Shown piece by piece: positions 41,293-53,988 of a stretch of 64,000 nucleotides of DNA; the first letter of the stretch is position 1, and each line of letters starts with the position of its first letter. The stretch spans positions 146,382,001 to 146,446,000 of the forward strand of contig OX597815.1 in NCBI GenBank assembly GCA_951406725.2, read 5' to 3'. The DNA is from Octopus vulgaris. Its lineage: Eukaryota. The notes beneath the pieces are model-generated. The model was not told the origin of the DNA and did no database searches. It was given only the letters and a program-made list of their open reading frames with translations. The position numbers were made by a program, and so were the translations under genes.

Positions 41293-41964
41293 TCGGTATG
41301 TATAAGCGTATAAAGCGAGACAACTTATAATTGCTTTCAACTGAAAGGGTACAAAAGAATTGTATGAACCACTCAACAAGAAATAGATACTGAGTTTCAA
41401 CATAACTTATATACACCAGTCTATATAAATATATCTCTACAGGGTCTTTTGAGTGTCTTGTTTCAGTAGTCTTTAATTGTGTGCATTTGTTTGTGTGCAT
41501 GATATTAGGCACTGACATACTTGTCTCTGTATACGCATGTGTACATCTACGAAAGTATTTATCATATTAGATGTTTTTTTTTATATGTATGTGTGTGTAG
41601 TTTGCGTAAATCATAGTACTTTGAAGAGTTAGTATTTCAACATCTAACTACTGTTGTGTTTCGTAGCATCTTCGTTTTTCTTTATTCTGATAATCATACA
41701 ACCATGTAACCGGATATATAGTGGACAGTATGGTTTCTTGCGAAGACTTTACATTTACCTGTTATCATTCTTGTTATCACTCTCTGTTTCTTTACAAACG
41801 TATACATTCCTCAGTGTGTTTATGTGTGTGTGTGTGTGTGTTTAAGTGCTTCCATAACGATATGATTTATATATATTGTATGACGATACTCTGATATAAG
41901 TTATTGAATGATCTGTAGGGCAGCTCTGAGCTATCACTCACGTTGTTACTGTTTTCTTACTAAC

Positions 41965-42056
<92 letters not shown>

Positions 42057-42168
42057 GATTATTTATCTGTCTGTCTACCTATCCATAGATGTATACATGT
42101 ATATATCTTTCACTTTAACTTCCTTTCTCTATCTTTCTATGTATGTATTATGTATGTATCTAACATGT

Positions 42169-42210
<42 letters not shown>

Positions 42211-42270
42211 AATTGAGATAGGGGTTGTAAATTCAACCCTCCATGGAATCTATATATATATGTGTGTGTA

Positions 42271-42327
<57 letters not shown>

Positions 42328-43121
42328 GAGAGTGCATAACTTAACTACAACCGAGATTTGTTTTCCTCCACAGCAACTGCAGTGAATTTGATTTAAGCAG
42401 TTGAAATATGTAACAAACATACTTTAAATATATATTTAACTATATACATACATACATACATACATACATACATACATACATACATACATACATACATACA
42501 CACATACACACACACATGCACGCACACACACACACATATATATATACATACGGAGGAAGTAAGAGAAGGAGAGAGACAGAGACAGAGTGAGAGGGAGGGA
42601 TAATTTACTGCATTTGTTCCAAGATTGTCTCGACGCAACTTCTGTTTACTTAAAGACATATATGTAGAAGAATGTATGGATATTAACATATATAACCTTG
42701 ATTCATGACTAATGATATGACGCCATTATTATTAGTGAAAACAAAACCACCCTGTAATTATTCCAACGGAGTTATTCATCAAGACTGTGCCAACGTTGTG
42801 TGATATTAGATATGATAATGAAGATATAATATAATGCAATATGAGAAACCACATTGGCAGTTTAAACAACCTTGAATGGTCTATTTTCCCTTCTAAATTC
42901 CTTTGTAAACATTAATTACAGCAGCGTTTTTATTTTTCATTTTACGTATGGTAATTCTTGCGTTGATTAAGAGAAAATCTCAAGAATTTTCCTGCGTATA
43001 ATTTCCAAATTTGAAAGGTGTGTGTGTCAGTATGTATGTATGTATGTATGTATGTATGTATGTATGTATGTATGTATGTATGTATGTATGTATGTATGTA
43101 TGTATGTGAGCCTGTAATATA

Positions 43122-43322
43122 CAGCAATCCCCCACCTATTGCGGTTGAAATATCGCGGTTTATTATTTAAGCTTACGTCGATTTTTCCGTTGTGTTGTTT
43201 TGCGTTTATAATCAAAATAAATATGTACAAACTATAAATACTATAAAAGAAAAAAATTTATATACAGTTCTGTCTCTATTTCGCGGATTTTAACCTATAG
43301 CGAGGGTGTGGGTTGGAACGTA
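43122..43322. mobile_element. pogo/Tigger-like MITE, right end lost
   Basis: TA|CAGCAATCCCC start; aaatatcgcggtttattattt and aagcttacgtcgatt shared with the 21533 and 14878 copies. Confidence 0.75.
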
Positions 43323-43448
43323 TGTTATTCGAAAAACCTATCTACAAATTGTATAATCATAAACAACGAAATGAATGATTTTCAATGGAGTAAATTCCAT
43401 ATCTAAGACTCGTTGTACAGTTCTATATCTAAGAGATGAGGAATTATG

Positions 43449-43627
43449 TACATTATTTACACTATTTACATTTCATGGATATTTATCTTCATCTTGTTTG
43501 TTGTTAACACAACGTATCGGCTGATATACCCTCCAGCTTTCATCAGGTGTCTTGGTGAAATTTCGAAATTGGGTTCTCATTCGATGTTATTGTGGTTAAG
43601 AACGCGGGCTACAAACCCCAAGATTCC

Positions 43628-43699
<72 letters not shown>

Positions 43700-43703
43700 C
43701 AAC

Positions 43704-43761
<58 letters not shown>

Positions 43762-43925
43762 GTAATAATAATAGAACATCGAAAAATACGTTAGGAATGA
43801 GAACCCAGGTTCGAAATTTCCGCAAGAACAACTGAATACGTTTGAGGGTATATCAGCTGAAATGTTGTGTTAATAACAAACAAGATGAGGACAAATATCC
43901 GTCAAATGTAAATAATGTAAATAAT
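43449..43925. mobile_element. Family P3 Penelope-like inverted pair around (AAT)n; near-intact hammerhead at 43506-43551 (-)
   Basis: Arms about 43449-43590 and 43770-43925 are reverse complements. Minus strand: GACAC-CTGATGA-A-AGCTG-gagggtatat-CAGCC-GATACGTT-GTGTT (GAAA changed to GATA). The right arm retains GAAA but its CTGA core is damaged. Confidence 0.8.
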
Positions 43926-44031
43926 CTAAGACTGGTTAATTCCGTTTAATAACTGGCAAATATTCACTTTTCTCTGTTATTGATCTATAGTCGTTTGATT
44001 ATTACATGACCTAATCTTCATGACACAACTT

Positions 44032-44241
44032 TTTTCTTTCATTTGTTTCAGCCATTATACTGCAGCCATGCTGGAGCACCACCTTGAAAAGGTTTTGGTC
44101 GAATGAAACGACCCTAGAGCTTATTTTCCTTCTTATCCTTCTTAAGTTTGGCTCTTATTCTTACGGCTAAATCATGGGGCCGTAAACACAAGAAAACTAG
44201 TTATCAAGGGGTGGTGTAGGACAATAACAAACACAGAAAAA

Positions 44242-44291
<50 letters not shown>

Positions 44292-44370
44292 ACACATATA
44301 TATATATATACGACGGGGTTCTTTCGGCTTCCGTCCATCAAATCAACGTACAAAATTCTGCTTGGCCTGT
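44032..44370 (-). mobile_element. SINE type A, 3' portion
   Basis: tgtttcagccat...gcagccatgctggagcacc and tatacgacggg.ttctttc.g.ttccgtc are reverse-complement type A motifs. Confidence 0.8.
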
Positions 44371-44917
44371 ACTAAAGATGTATACGCCAGAAGTGTAGTT
44401 CTCATATCTCTGAAGGTTCCAGGCATAAAAGGAAGAAATAAAAGAAATATTCTTGACATTCTTGACTTCAGTCAACTCCGATAAACATCATCCAAGAACC
44501 GGGTGGTTGAGATAAAACAGATTATATTATATGAAGAAGACAATAACAGAAGCAATTCATACGATGAGTTTTCTCACAATTACGTTCGCAATTCTTTGGT
44601 TTTGACGAAAGCGTCGGGTAGGGAATCTTTCCACGTGGTAGCAAGTCTAGTATTGAACACAAATCCACAAGCCACACAGTTGCGAACTGAATAAATAGGC
44701 TACACAATCAGTGCCGGCAAAATTTAACATCATACAGAACATCAGGATTAATGTCATGGAAGTAAAGTAATCCTTACAATACGTATTTCTTTTGAAATGA
44801 TATACTTACATGTAAAGCGTTGGACTTTCTGCCTAGTACAACTTAGGTTAACACATACAAATACCATCTCACACACACGCACATACACACACACATTACG
44901 TATATAAAATTATCTAT

Positions 44918-44959
<42 letters not shown>

Positions 44960-46613
44960 TTACATATACAATTACGTATTTGATTTCAGTCGTAATGCAC
45001 ATAATTTGCCTGTATGCTTAAAATTGCACTTTGTTTCTGACGATAGTCAACACAAGGTGGGTTTCATGTACGTAATTATATTTTCAAAGAAGTTCGATAT
45101 TATAAAACGGCCTTATTAGTATATTTAAATTTACAAGTTTGTATTACTCTGCTATTGTAAAGGTAATTATAAAAGCTGATGCAGTTACCACCAGCGCCGG
45201 CGCCGCTGCTGCCAATACATTTCCATCAGAAAACTCAGTGCAGTCTTTTGTTTGGCAATTACCTCTAATCCCTACAAATCAGTGATAAGCTTGTATATAT
45301 ATATATAAGGAATGATATCCTATGTAAAGCAAAAATGCAAACAGGAGAAACAGAAGCTGCAAACATCAAACTGCTCTAAATCGATCAGAGCTACCCAGCA
45401 TCCGTTCCTAGACAACTGGCTTTCACTGCACACTTGTTAGTGAAGTTTTAAACAACTTTATTGTCTTAAGTGGCAGAATTTGATTTCTTAATGTTTCTCT
45501 TTGTTCATAAATGCTCTTCACAATCTAAAATGTAATTCTTATGGAATGAATGCATATACGACTTATGCACGTTGGATGTAGCCTGAGAAAGATACGGGTA
45601 TATGCTTCTTCAAAATAATGCTGTATGCATAATGGCCAAGAATCATATTAACGGAATGGATATGTGGTTAACGGCTTGGGCAACGTATCGTGTAGAATGT
45701 AATAAAATATGAGAATGGGGTTTACCACGCACGTACATAGGTACCTATCAACATGTTCATCATCTCTTAGGAAATTTCCGGAGTTATTTCCTATGGAGGA
45801 CATCAAGTTAACCCTGAAATTTACAGATCGCCTCATTTGACAGATCGCATTATTTGACAGATCACAAATAAACAGACAAGATTTGTGCGACTCTAATTAG
45901 CAAATTAAGAAATTCAGGATTCGATATTTTTTCAAGAACCCCACACACGAATACACAGACATACCGAAATAGGTCAGCGCTAAGCGCCATCATTCTTTCA
46001 TTTTGGTAAAGAATATTTTAAAATGTTGTTATTTAAAGCAAAAACTTATAGATATTTGCTTCTCTTCTGCTTTTGTTTTTCATCTTTTCATGTCAACAAG
46101 CATGACAGTGACATTCTAAAAAAAATTTCAGATAATATCACAAAACCTTATATAAAATACATTACATCACTTTCTATGTACGCATGCGAGATGGTAATGT
46201 CACATACTTGTGAGAGAATTTAAATGAAAGATTTTATTCAATATGATTAAGGAGATTTCAATGGTATAATATATTCAAGGTTTAATCTTCCAGCAATATC
46301 TCCAATGTTCAGAAAACTCTCGTATCTTGCTTGATATGAGTATAAAAATAGCAGCTACATAATTTCATGATTGACTGTGTGGAATTCTAATAAAAAAATG
46401 AACCCACATGATGTATAATCACAAAAAATAAGTAAGAAGCAAAACCTTGCTCTTGGAATGAGTGCGCTTTTCGTTCTTCTAGGACACATCAGTAGTCATA
46501 TGTATATACAAACACAAATTTATCTACGCATGAATACACACACACATATATATATATATATACAATATATATGCGCACGTCAGTAGTCTTACACACACAC
46601 ACACACACACATA

Positions 46614-46685
<72 letters not shown>

Positions 46686-47260
46686 ATATATAGAAACACA
46701 AATGTATCTACGCGTGAATACACATACGTATATGTGGAGTGAGAATGGGGAGAGACAAGGAAAAGAATTCTTTGATAGAGTAGGAGAGAGAAATTAGCGG
46801 GGTTGCAGGCACAACCTTACGGTATACAATCAACATATTCAAATTATTGAATCATTCTTCGTTGAACATTGCCTGATAAAGCCATATAGAAAATAAATTA
46901 TATCTAACACTATAATCGCAAAAATGATGGCAATAATACTTCTGAGATTTGTAATGTATTACAAGTGAAAAACTTTTATTATAATTACTGATTGTAGAAC
47001 GCGAACATAGACAACATCGATTTTCTTCGTCTTTATATTCCAAACATGAAATATAAGTACACACACACACACACACACAAACACACGCGCGCGCACACAC
47101 ACACATATATATATTAAAAATAAGATATCTAAAATGTCAAACCAAAGGAGTATTCAGAATAATTCTGATGTGTGTGTGTATTTTTATGTATGTATGTGTG
47201 TGTGTATATATATATATATATATAATCGTAAAGCAATCTTAGTGTTTATGGTAGACGAGT

Positions 47261-47398
47261 GTGTCTAATAAAAGAAGGGTCAGTGATGTATTGAACATAA
47301 CTAAGTAACCCTTAAAGCCAATGTCGCATTCAAGTTGACACACTGACATTTTCATTAGCATTACGAACTGAAAACTGTATTTGGCAATGCATTGGTAG
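47261..47398 (+). repeat. Direct repeat, copy 2 (copy 1 at 41159-41292)
   Basis: Same shared blocks as copy 1. Confidence 0.85.
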
Positions 47399-47563
47399 GC
47401 ATAGAGTAAATCAGGGCGTAAGCTGCATTCAGTTGAATGAATTTATAATCATTCTCTGAAATAGTAATCTATATATATGTGTTCAATGTCATATTCGTAA
47501 TGTATGTATGTTTTTGTATAAACGTAACCACAATGTTTCTTAAAATGTAACCACATGTGAATC

Positions 47564-47752
47564 GTTGGCGATTTTCTTTCCTCTATCTTCCTTTTCAATT
47601 GGACTTTCCTCTGTTTCTAAAGAAGAGCTCTGCTCGAAACGTAAAACCAAACTTCTTTCCTTCCCTGAACGCCTGCTAATACTTTACATGTACCACGTCC
47701 TCACGTTATTGTTTTTTTTGTATTTATTCTTGTTTTATTTTGTTTGGGATTT
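47564..47752 (+). mobile_element. Family P2 element (ribozyme 47613-47647, one core substitution)
   Basis: GTTT-CTAAAGA-A-GAGC-tct-GCTC-GAAACGTA-AAAC; homologous to 39938-40122. Confidence 0.78.
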
Positions 47753-47772
47753 ATTATATAGATATATATGTA

Positions 47773-48127
47773 GGCGCAGGAGTGACTGTGTGGTAAGTAG
47801 CTTGTTTACCAACCACATAGTTCCGGGTTCAGTCCCACTGCGTGGCACCTTGGGCAAATGTCTTCTACTATAGCCTCGGGCCGACCAAAGCCTTGTGAGT
47901 GGATTTGGTAGACGGAAACTGAAAGAAGCCCGTCGTATATATGTATATATATGTATGTGCGTGTATGTTTGTGTGTCTGTGTTTGTCCCCCTAGCATTGC
48001 TTGACAACCGATGCTGGTGTGTTTATGTCCCCGTCACTTAGCAGTTCGACAAAAGAGACCGATAGAATAAGTACTGGGCTTACAAAGAATAAGTCCCGGG
48101 GTCGAGTTGCTCGATTAAAGGCGGTGC
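47773..48127 (+). mobile_element. SINE type A, best-preserved copy (3' tail missing)
   Basis: tRNA-like head ggcgcaggagtgactgtgtggtaag, B-box gggttcagtccc, core accttgggcaaatgtctt, internal TA/TG tract. Confidence 0.9.
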
Positions 48128-48912
48128 ACCCATTAGTAGCAAAGGCATTCTGAATGCTTGTGGATGGAAAAAGGGGATTTTGTTCCGAAACATTTGTTTC
48201 TTCATTTCCTGCATCAGTTTCGCTGAGTACTCTCTCTGCGTCGATTTAATAATAAAAAAAAGTGATACAAATCATGCTATGCCGAAGTAGACTACTAGCA
48301 GTAGCTTTCGGTTCTGTTTAATCGTATACATGCATACGTGTGTTTGTGCAAGTGTGCGCGCGTGTGTGTGTGTGTGTGTATAGATAGAGGGAGAGGTAGG
48401 AGATACATATATTCCTACAAATATTTGTGTGGGAGAGAGAAAGGGAGAGAGAGGAGAGGGAGGAAGAGGGGGAGGAGGAGAGAGAGACTGTAAGTATAGT
48501 TATCTGTACGTATATGCACATGCAGCACCTATATGGATATGTATAATGTGAACACCGTATTTGAAAGATATTTTATTACTATAGTGTTGATATGTTTCGC
48601 TTTACTACCGAAAAGTGATAGTTTATGTAACATATAATTGGCAGGAAGTGTATATCATATAAATATGAAATGCTATATTATCATATATTATGTAATGTAC
48701 TTCATTTTTGGTACATCACTCGTAGCCTAAATGACTGTTATCCATTAAACCACCTCAGGATTTGCTCTGTTTGAAAGCAATCTTTAAATGGTTTAAGAAA
48801 ACATGCGCAGTTGGATCTTTGGTTTAACGTCACCGACAAACGGCGATAGTGTATTGTCTGTAAAATTCCAGAAGTACCACAAGACCTTTATTAACAGGTA
48901 AATAATATCGAT

Positions 48913-49226
48913 GTGGAGGCATATGGCCTAGTGGTTAGAGCAGCATACTCGCAGTCATGGGATTGCGTAACCGAATCTCAAACCGAGCGATGTGTGTGTT
49001 TAAGAGCGAAACACCTAGACTCCACACAGCTACAGCAGGAGGTAATGGCAAACTTCTGCTGACTCTTTCGTCACAACTTTCTCTCACTCTTTTCTGCTGC
49101 ATCTAGTAGCTCACTTGCGACGGACCGGCGTCCCGTCCAAATGGGGTACCTATAAGCCAATGAAACTGGGAAACCGGCCTTTATGAGCCAGGAATGGCTT
49201 GAGAAGGAACAAACAACAATAAACAG
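48913..49226 (+). mobile_element. SINE type D, full length
   Basis: A-box tggcctagtggttaga, body shared with 35487-35716, (AAC)-rich tail. Confidence 0.85.
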
Positions 49227-49797
49227 TATCGATAAAACACTCAACAACAGTAAGTAAGAAGGCATCACCGAGACGTCTGTTATTTTACAGTAACTATTTA
49301 TGTGCAGAGTAATATTTACACTTTAAAATTTCTTATGTTTAATTAAGGGATATAGTACAGTCTTGATTGAATATAACCTGACCTGCTGGATTGAATATAA
49401 ATTGACCTTGAAAAATACTAGTAACGAAATTAAATCACACAGCAGTCGTGGGGCTGAGGGCTTGCTACGAAGTTTGTGATCGTTTGAAATGCGTCAACTT
49501 GACTAGTATGTCAGATTGCTATATGCTCCCAGTAACTGGTTGCTAATTGTTACATTGTAATCGTTACAATCTAAAGAATTATTAGCACAAGCATCTTTTT
49601 CTCTGATATATGTCCAAACGACAAATCAATTTCGTGCATTTATATATTATCACTCTAATTTTAATTCCGTTCACTGCATCGAGACCGTTGTAAAACGCAT
49701 TCAGGAAGAAAATTACTCGTTATATTTACGCACACAAATATTTCGGATCTTATTGTACATTTATATGCGTGTGTGAATGAAGGTGTGTATGCATGTT

Positions 49798-49829
<32 letters not shown>

Positions 49830-51324
49830 CGTGTGTGTGTGTGTCTGTGTGTGTGTGTATGAGTGAGTTTGTGTTCGAGGCGATGCTAACTATTGTACTA
49901 CTAAATCATACAAATGATAACTTCTTGTTTTTTACACGTACATTCTTCAGAAATATACGCTTTATCTACGTCCACAGCAGGTGTGGATTTCAATATCTGA
50001 AGTTAGTTTCTTTAATTTTTTTGATACGATATCCTGGTTTATGTTTGCACTTTTGGAAACGTGATATTTTCCTGATGAATAAAAATTGTTAGTACCGTCA
50101 ACGATTTATTTCTTTGGAGAATATACTTTTTTACTTTTCCAGTTCTTATTGAAAGGAATTGAATTCTAAAATATTAACATATGAGATCGTCACAGCAGTC
50201 CATGTAATGTGTCACGTCCATAGATGCTTTCGTTTCGCTTCTGGTAGAATCTTCTTCATGAGATATTTTACATTTATTCTTTTATACTTTTCTTTTACTT
50301 GACAAGCTATAAATCCTATCATAAAAAAAAAAAAACATTGAGAGAATAAAGATAATCTGCTCTGACTTGCTTCGCATCACAAATTGCATTTCATAATGTT
50401 ATTTTATAATAGATATCATCTTCGTCAATTTGTTCGTTCTATCTCTCCAATTGCATGTATTACTACTGATCTGACTGAAAATCACTACCCTGCCATAAAC
50501 ATTATTTGCAACGTCAGGAAAAACAATATGAATGTTCATATTACTTGTATTTGAACAGTACATGCCATCTCTCTTGCAAATATACATAACTTAGTCATTT
50601 ACGCACAAATACATAATTCCATTTCACTAGAGTAATTTTTTTTCCCACTGGGTGCATGACAAGTAAAGGATGTTAATTTTACTGTTTTCTCTAGGCTCTC
50701 GCTGATATTTTCTTATCACTTCTCATTATGTTATCGCTGATGTTTCGTCTACCTTTTAAAACGGAAGTTTACATCTAGAGTGATATATTTTGCTCTTGGT
50801 AGTTTGAGAAAATCTATAAAATACAACTCAACATAAGAATGCTTAGTGAAGTACAAGAATGTTTCCAACTTCTACAATTTGTTTTTTCATTGTCATACGC
50901 ATTACTTTACAGAGTACGATAATCATTAGCAATTAAATGACGACTAATGATATAGACGACTGAGAATCAGTGTCAATCACGGTGAAATTTGAAATGAATG
51001 AATATAACTAATTCACGTGGGAAATAAACAGAGCATTGCCGATTTCAGCTTTACACATATCACCGATAACACTGGACAATTTTTCAGCCAATTCTAATTA
51101 CCATATAATCCCCTTATCAGATACTGACCTATTTGGGTCGCTTTCGGAAAATAAGTAATAATTCATGTTGAGAAATTAGAGACCAAGTTTTAGAGGAGAG
51201 GCAAGTGTGTAGATGTCAAGGTAAATTTATGTTAATATTTGGGAAGAAAAGAATTACTTATAAAGAATTCTCACATTGAGTTCATTCCATTGGGATAAAT
51301 ATCGCAATGGATAGATTCTATGTC

Positions 51325-51396
<72 letters not shown>

Positions 51397-51397
51397 T

Positions 51398-51652
51398 GTG
51401 GAGGCACGTGCCTCAGTGGTTAGGGTGTCAGCATCATGATCGTAAGATTGTGTTTTCGATTCCTGGACCGGGAGACGCGTTGTGTTCTTGAGCAAAATAC
51501 TTCATTTCACGTTGCTCCAGTCCACTCAGCTGGCAAAAATGAGTAACGCTGCGATGGACAGGCGTCATGTCCACCTGGGGAACACATACACCATAGAAAC
51601 CGGGAAACCGAGCCCATGAACCTGGCTAGGCTTTAAAAGGGCGCATTTATTA
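51398..51652 (+). mobile_element. SINE with type C head/core and type D-like 3' module, inserted in (TA)n
   Basis: 5' part matches 19812-19958; 3' part gcgatggac.ggcgtc..gtcca...gaaaccgggaaacc matches 49117-49200. Confidence 0.85.
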
Positions 51653-52222
51653 TTTATATATATATAGGTATGAGTGTGTAGTTATGTATTCTCAGAATGG
51701 AATCTTTTATTGCGAAGACAAAAGAATTCTAAACGTTTCTGACAAGAGGCCACTTTATCAACTAAAAAACCTGTAAAGATATTAAGACATGGTGTTTTGC
51801 ACCACACTTAATATTTTGAGTTCCACCCGAAGACACACAACCTTATTCAAGTTTTGTGAACTTTGTTGAAGTCAATTCTAACCATGCTGACAATCGCTAG
51901 TTTCCTTGTGTGTGATATTTTATACGGTATATTATTCTCTCTCACTTTCTCTTCCCCTCTCTTTCTCTCTCTCACTCTCTCTGCTCTGTGTGACCGTGTG
52001 AACGTGTATGCGTATGAGTTTGATGTTTTTAGAAATAAATGTACACGAAAATGTCAGTAAATGACTTTAAAAATTTATAAATATACGTAAATGTGCAGGA
52101 ATCAAGAAGTGAGAAAAAAATACTCGTAACCATTAGACATTCACCTTCACATATATACACACATAAATGCATATACACACATAGATACGTATATATATAT
52201 ATGTATATGTATGTATCTCTCT

Positions 52223-52253
<31 letters not shown>

Positions 52254-52254
52254 T

Positions 52255-52308
<54 letters not shown>

Positions 52309-53609
52309 AATATATATATATACATGATATATATTTTTATATTTCCTCACATATGTTTAACCATTTGTGAAACGATAGATTTATTGGATGGAAGTTCTTT
52401 CAGCTTAAAAGCATTTTTCACTTTAATTTTTTTTAAGACAACCGTTATTTTCGATTTTTCTCTCTGTATCCACTTCATACTGCGTTAAACGTTTTTCTGT
52501 TCTAGGTGGATGCCAAACATCTTATAAAAATTTCTATAGAATATGACTTGTATTCAGAAACTTATTTTACTATTGCTTTCCAAATTATTTTCCCGTTAAG
52601 CTAAATTGTGTTGTGCTCCCCGCCACATATGGAAACAAATTTAATATAAATTTTCAGACATAATATTTATATACACAAGAATTTTTTTTCCACCGTCACG
52701 CCATTTTCAAATAAATATCTATTTGCACGCAAAGTAACTTATTCCATTTTATGAGAAACATTAAAGTCTTATTAGAATCGCTCTGAAAAGCTAATATAGT
52801 TTACAACTAATGTTAAAGTGTTATTAAGTAATTTTATTTGGCAACTGCTGTATGTTAGAAGTTTGCTTTATAAAGCTGTGTAAAACAGCATGAATCTGTA
52901 GAAAATATCAATGATTAGACACAAAGGAGAATCAACACTTTGTATAGATACTTATACAAAAATATTTTACCAAAATGTTTGGTATTTCTAAAAACAAAGT
53001 CTAGGAAACATGTAAATATAATATTGGGATATAAAATTAAATAAGAAAATATATTTATGAGGTTTCTGCTGATAACTGTAGAACAAGAGGTAAAATCTCA
53101 ACATGCTATGCGAGTTCAGAGGATTCCACGCTCGGCTAAAGATATCACACATGTCTGTAAATCCACCTGCAATATTATAAACGTATCGCATTTTTCAACT
53201 ATATATTCCATGAGATTTTGTGTAGCTAGCCAAGGGAAACGAAAATGACCTGATCCACAATTTTGGCTATTTCAACGCAAAACCTGAGACGTCGGTAAGA
53301 AGAGAAACGTATTTGGTAATATGAATTGAAAGAGAGAATTTAAACTAAGGTTTAGTCACTACAACAAGAATAATAAAATGAAATAAAACCACATGATGTT
53401 TGCCGGTTCAAGGAATGTCTGCTGGAAATAGACCTGAAACCACTCTGTACCAAAAAAGGCATTTGCTATATCCTGGTAGACAAATGATACATACCGAAGG
53501 ATATCTTCACTCTAGGGACATCCAGCAAAAAGAGGCGATCATCATTATCGAGGAGATTAACGAAAAAGAGGTACTACACAACTTGATATGAAAGCATTTA
53601 ATGATTTTT

Positions 53610-53765
53610 ATCCAACAATTGACGCGTGGAAGGTGTTTACAATCTATTTAAGAAACACATAAAAACCGTCAGATTCACTTCAACATTGAAATATAATTTG
53701 CCAAAATATTTTCGCCGCTTTAAGACCACGATCTTTTCACTGACAAAATTCCGTACTGCATTTTT
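53610..53765 (-). mobile_element. Possible decayed hammerhead-like element (motif 53698-53746)
   Basis: Minus strand: TTGTCA-GTGAAAA-gatcgtggtcttaaagcggc-GAAAATATTT-TGGCAA. Stem I and the palindromic stem III are in the right places, but the core deviates. Confidence 0.4.
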
Positions 53766-53863
53766 ATTCATTGATCTAAACTGCTTGTGAAAATCAATAG
53801 GTGTCAACCCGAAGGAAGAAAACTGGAAAGAAACAAGGAAAGGGTAAAAACAGTATATATATA

Positions 53864-53988
<125 letters not shown>

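Noticed and set aside
47773-47850. tRNA-like sequence (also the heads at 19812, 20243, 48913 and 51398)
   Set aside because: A/B-box-like motifs only, no full cloverleaf, and contiguous with repeat bodies: SINE heads rather than tRNA genes.
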